Below, in pieces: positions 56,427 through 64,000 of a DNA stretch of 64,000 bases (position 1 is the stretch's first letter; each line of letters opens with the position of its first letter). The notes under the pieces were generated by a model that saw only the letters and a list, made by a program, of their open reading frames with translations, was not told the origin of the DNA and did not search any database. A program made the translations under genes and the position numbers. The stretch lies in assembly GCF_056746865.1 (NCBI RefSeq), contig NZ_CM163382.1, one strand, 5' to 3'.

Positions 56427-56623
56427 GAGGTTGTCCCGTATTCAGTGTCGCTGATTTGTATTGTCTGAAGTTGTTTTTACGTTAAGTTGATGCAGATCAA
56501 TTAATATGATACCTGCGTCATAATTGATTATTTGACGTGGTTTGATGGCGTAGATGCACGTTGTGACATGCAGATGATAATTATTATCATTTTGCGGGTC
56601 CTTTCCGGCGATCCGACAGGTTA

Positions 56624-56635
56624 CGGGGCGGCGAC
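56624..56635 (+). other. cosN: lambda cohesive end GGGCGGCGACCT
   Basis: Sequence acg-GGGCGGCGACCT-cgcgggttttcgctatttatgaaaattttccgg matches the lambda genome termini as I recall them; cosB repeats follow toward Nu1. Confidence 0.85.
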
Positions 56636-56814
56636 CTCGCGGGTTTTCGCTATTTATGAAAATTTTCCGGTTTAAGGCGTTTCCGTTCTTCTTCGTCGTA
56701 ACTTAATGTTTTTATTTAAAATACCCCCTGAAAAGAAAGGAAACGACAGGTGCTGAAAACGAACTTTTGGGCCTCTGTCGTTTCCTTTCTCTGTTTTTGG
56801 CCGTGGAATGAACA

Positions 56815-57334
56815 ATGGAAGTCAACAAAAAGCAGCTGGCTGACATTTTCGGTGCGAGTATCCGTACCATTCAGAACTGGCAGGAACAGGGAATGCCCGT
56901 TCTGCGAGGCGGTGGCAAGGGTAATGAGGTGCTTTATGACTCTGCCGCCGTTATAAGATGGTATGCCGAAAGGGATGCTGAAATTGAGAACGAAAAGCTG
57001 CGCCGGGAAGTTGAAGAACTGCGGCAGGCCAGCGAGACAGATCTCCAGCCAGGGACTATTGAGTACGAACGCCATCGACTTACGCGTGCGCAGGCCGACG
57101 CACAGGAGCTGAAAAATGCCAGAGACTCCGCTGAAGTGGTGGAAACCGCATTCTGTACTTTCGTGCTGTCGCGGATCGCAGGTGAAATTGCCAGTATTCT
57201 CGACGGGATCCCCCTGTCGGTGCAGCGGCGTTTTCCGGAACTGGAAAACCGACATGTTGATTTCCTGAAACGGGATATCATCAAAGCCATGAACAAAGCA
57301 GCCGCGCTGGATGAACTGATACCGGGGTTGCTGA

Positions 57335-57360
<26 letters not shown>
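56815..57360 (+). CDS. nu1: Terminase small subunit Nu1
   Basis: 181 aa, near-identical to lambda Nu1. Confidence 0.95.
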
Positions 57361-61041
<3,681 letters not shown>

Positions 61042-61061
<20 letters not shown>

Positions 61062-62373
61062 TCTCCCGCATATTGCCAGCATGGCCTTTAATGAGCCGCT
61101 GATGCTTGAACCCGCCTATGCGCGGGTTTTCTTTTGTGCGCTTGCAGGCCAGCTTGGGATCAGCCGCCTGACGGATGCAGTATCCGGCGACAGCCTGACT
61201 GCCGGAGAGGCACCCGCGGCGCTGGCGTTATCCGGTGATGATGACGGACCACGACAGGCCCGCAGTTATCAGGTCATGAACGGCATCGCCGTGCTGCCGG
61301 TGTCCGGTACGCTGGTCAGCCGGACGCGGGCGCTGCAGCCGTATTCGGGAATGACCGGTTACAATGGCATTATCGCCCGTCTGCAACAGGCTGCCAGCGA
61401 TCCGATGGTGGACGGCATTCTGCTCGATATGGACACACCGGGCGGGATGGTGGCGGGAGCATTTGACTGTGCTGACATCATCGCCCGTGTGCGAGACATA
61501 AAACCGGTATGGGCGCTGGCCAACGACATGAACTGCAGTGCAGGTCAGCTGCTTGCCAGCGCCGCCTCCCGGCGTCTGGTCACGCAGACTGCCCGGACAG
61601 GCTCCATCGGCGTCATGATGGCTCACAGTAATTACGGTGCTGCCCTGGAGAAACAGGGCGTGGAAATCACGCTGATTTACAGCGGCAGCCATAAGGTGGA
61701 TGGCAATCCCTACAGCCATCTTCCGGATGACGTCCGGGAGACACTGCAGTCCCGGATGGACGCAACCCGCCAGATGTTTGCGCAGAAGGTGTCGGCATAT
61801 ACCGGCCTGTCTGTGCAGGCTGTGCTGGATACCGAGGCTGCAGTGTACAGCGGTCAGGAGGCCATTGATGCCGGACTGGCTGATGAACTTGTTAACAGCA
61901 CCGATGCGATCACCGTCATGCGTGATGCACTGGATGCACGTAAATCCCGTCTCTCAGGAGGGCGAATGACCAAAGAGACTCAATCAACAACTGTTTCAGC
62001 CACTGCTTCGCAGGCTGACATCACCACCGTGGAGCCTGCGAAGGAGGGCGAAAACGCCAGCGCGGCGCAGCCGGATGTGAACGCACAGATCACCGCAGCG
62101 GTTGCGGCAGAAAACAGCCGCATTATGGGGATCCTCAACTGTGAGGAGGCTCACGGACGCGAAGAACAGGCGCGCGTTCTGGCAGAAACCCCCGGAATGA
62201 CCGTGGAAACGGCCCGCCGCATTCTGGCCGCAGCACCACAGAGTGCACAGGCGCGCAGTGACACTGCGCTGGATCGTCTGATGCAGGGTGCACCGGCACC
62301 GCTGGCTGCAGGTAACCTGGCATCTGATACCAATAAAGAATTACTTAATACACCTGAAGCTTTACCGGTATAA
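61042..62373 (+). CDS. C: Head maturation protease / minor capsid protein C
   Basis: GTG start at 61042 (V/MTAELRNLPHIASMAFNEPLMLEPAYARVFF) as in lambda C. Confidence 0.85.
61966..62373 (+). CDS. nu3: Scaffolding protein Nu3 (in-frame internal start within C)
   Basis: Internal ATG at 61966 (MTKETQSTTVSATASQ...) in the C frame, as in lambda. Confidence 0.7.
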   Translation: MTKETQSTTVSATASQADITTVEPAKEGENASAAQPDVNAQITAAVAAENSRIMGILNCEEAHGREEQARVLAETPGMTVETARRILAAAPQSAQARSDTALDRLMQGAPAPLAAGNLASDTNKELLNTPEALPV

Positions 62374-62382
62374 GAGGCAGTT

Positions 62383-62715
62383 ATGGCGACAAAAGAAGAG
62401 TTTAACCATTACCAGCCGCTGGGTAACAGTGATCCGGCTCATACAGCAATTGCGCCTGGCGGATTGAGTGCGAAAACGCCTGCAATGACCCCACTGATGC
62501 TGGATGGCACTACCCGTAAGCTGGTTGTGTGGGATGGCACCACCGACGGTGCAGCCGTTGGCATTCTGGCGGTTGCTGCTGACCAGACCAGCACCACACT
62601 GACGTTCTACAAGTCCGGCTCGTTCCGTTATGAGGATGTGCTCTGGCCGGAGGCTGCCAGCGACGAGACGAAAAAACGGACCGCGTTTGCCGGAACGGCA
62701 ATCAGCATCGTTTAA
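62383..62715 (+). CDS. D: Head decoration protein D
   Basis: 110 aa; lambda gpD-like (...[36 protein letters not shown]). Confidence 0.93.
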   Translation: MATKEEFNHYQPLGNSDPAHTAIAPGGLSAKTPAMTPLMLDGTTRKLVVWDGTTDGAAVGILAVAADQTSTTLTFYKSGSFRYEDVLWPEAASDETKKRTAFAGTAISIV

Positions 62716-62770
62716 TCTTCCCCTTCATCAACAAAGGCCGCCTGTGCGGCTTTTTTTATGGAAATAATTT

Positions 62771-63796
62771 ATGTCTGTATATACAACTGCAGAATTACTG
62801 GCATCGACCCAGCATCACTTTAAGTTCGATCCGCTGTTTCTGCGCCTGTTTTTCCGTGAAACCTATCCTTTCACCACGGAGAAAGTCTATCTCTCACAAA
62901 TTCCGGGACTGGTAAACATGGCGCTGTACGTTTCGCCGATTGTTTCCGGTGAGGTTATCCGATCCCGTGGCGGCTCCACCTCTGAATTTACGCCGGGTTA
63001 TGTCAAACCCAAGCATGAGGTGAATCCGCAGATGACCCTGCGTCGCCTGCCGGATGAAGAACCGCAGAACCTGGCTGACCCGGCTTACCGTCGTCGCCGT
63101 ATTATTCGGCAGAATATGCTGGATGAAAATCTGGCGATTGCCCAGGTCGAAGAGATGCAGGCAGTTTCTGCCGTGCTTAAGGGCAAATACACCATGACCG
63201 GTGAAGCCTTCGATCCGGTTGAGGTGGATATGGGCCGCAGTGAGGCGAATAACATCACGCAGTCCGGCGGCACGGAGTGGAGCAAGCGTGACAAGTCCAC
63301 GTATGATCCGACCGACGATATCGAAGCCTACGCGCTGAACGCCAGCGGAGTGGTGAATATCATCGTGTTTGATCCGAAAGGCTGGGCGCTGTTCCGTTCC
63401 TTCAAAGCCGTCAGGGAGAAGCTGGATACTCGTCGCGGCTCTCATTCCGAGCTGGAGACAGCGGTGAAAGACCTGGGCAAAGCGGTGTCCTACAAGGGGA
63501 TGTATGGCGATGTGGCCATCGTCGTGTATTCCGGACAGTACGTGGAAAACGGCGTCAAAAAGAACTTCCTGCCGGACAACACGATGGTGCTGGGGAACAC
63601 TCAGGCACGCGGTCTGCGCACCTATGGCTGCATTCAGGATGCGGACGCACAGCGCGAAGGCATTAACTCCTCTGCCCGTTACCCGAAAAACTGGGTGACC
63701 ACCGGCGATCCGGCGCGTGAGTTCACCATGATTCAGTCAGCACCGCTGATGCTGCTGGCTGACCCTGATGAGTTCGTGTCCGTACAACTGGCGTAA
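62771..63796 (+). CDS. E: Major capsid protein E
   Basis: 341 aa; lambda gpE-like. Confidence 0.95.
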   Translation: MSVYTTAELLASTQHHFKFDPLFLRLFFRETYPFTTEKVYLSQIPGLVNMALYVSPIVSGEVIRSRGGSTSEFTPGYVKPKHEVNPQMTLRRLPDEEPQNLADPAYRRRRIIRQNMLDENLAIAQVEEMQAVSAVLKGKYTMTGEAFDPVEVDMGRSEANNITQSGGTEWSKRDKSTYDPTDDIEAYALNASGVVNIIVFDPKGWALFRSFKAVREKLDTRRGSHSELETAVKDLGKAVSYKGMYGDVAIVVYSGQYVENGVKKNFLPDNTMVLGNTQARGLRTYGCIQDADAQREGINSSARYPKNWVTTGDPAREFTMIQSAPLMLLADPDEFVSVQLA

Positions 63797-63800
63797 TCGT

Positions 63801-63814
63801 GGCCCTTCGGGGCC
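63801..63814 (+). other. Hairpin ggcccttcggggcc between E and FI
   Basis: Perfect GC stem with short loop; function (attenuator or RNA stability) not determinable here. Confidence 0.4.
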
Positions 63815-63837
63815 ATTTTCTCTATGTGGAGGAGTCC

Positions 63838-64000
63838 ATGACGAAAGGTGAACTGATTGTCCGTCTCCGGTCGCTGGGTGAGCAACTGAACCGTGATGTC
63901 AGCCTGACGGGGACGAAAGAAGAACTGGCGCTCCGTGTGGCAGAGCTGGAAGAGGAGCTTGATGACACGGATGACGCTGCCGGTCAGGATACCCCTCTCA
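63838..64000 (+). CDS. FI: DNA-packaging protein FI, N-terminal fragment (continues beyond window)
   Basis: MTKGELIVRLRSLGEQLNRDVSLTGTKEELALRVAELEEELDDTDDAAGQDTPL matches the lambda FI N-terminus. Confidence 0.85.
   Translation, partial: MTKGELIVRLRSLGEQLNRDVSLTGTKEELALRVAELEEELDDTDDAAGQDTPL

Noticed and set aside
62894-63445. 183-aa ORF on the minus strand
   Set aside because: Antisense shadow within major capsid gene E

Overview
Enterobacterial (E. coli-like) chromosome segment in two parts. (1) Positions 1-35,600 are conserved core genes: the ybbP 3' end, selU, the complete allantoin/glyoxylate regulon (allS, allA, allR, gcl, hyi, glxR, ybbW, allB, ybbY, glxK, allE, allC, allD), the fdrA-ylbE-ylbF-ybcF cluster, purK-purE, lpxH, ppiB, cysS, ybcI, ybcJ, folD, the sfmACDHF fimbrial operon and fimZ. 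No rhsD element lies between ybbP and selU. (2) From tRNA-Arg (argU, 35835-35911) to the window end is a mosaic lambdoid prophage, apparently intact here: DLP12-type integrase, lambda-type Red (exo/bet/gam), a non-lambda immunity region, lambda-type O/P/ren, DLP12-type nin/Q region, intact nmpC porin, phage-21-type lysis cassette, lambda cos and head genes Nu1-A-W-B-C/Nu3-D-E-FI. The prophage continues beyond 64,000. Best candidates for undescribed biology are AT-rich cargo in classical moron slots: a two-gene operon in the rexAB position downstream of cI (157-aa protein with a nucleotidyltransferase-fold motif plus a 310-aa unknown), and an antisense 500-aa membrane-anchored coiled-coil protein with a C-terminal T5orf172/GIY-YIG-like domain between ren and the nin region. 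A Bro-N/unknown cassette flanked by ylcH-like direct repeats is a third. All calls rest on reading the supplied ORF translations and sequence by eye; no database search was run.
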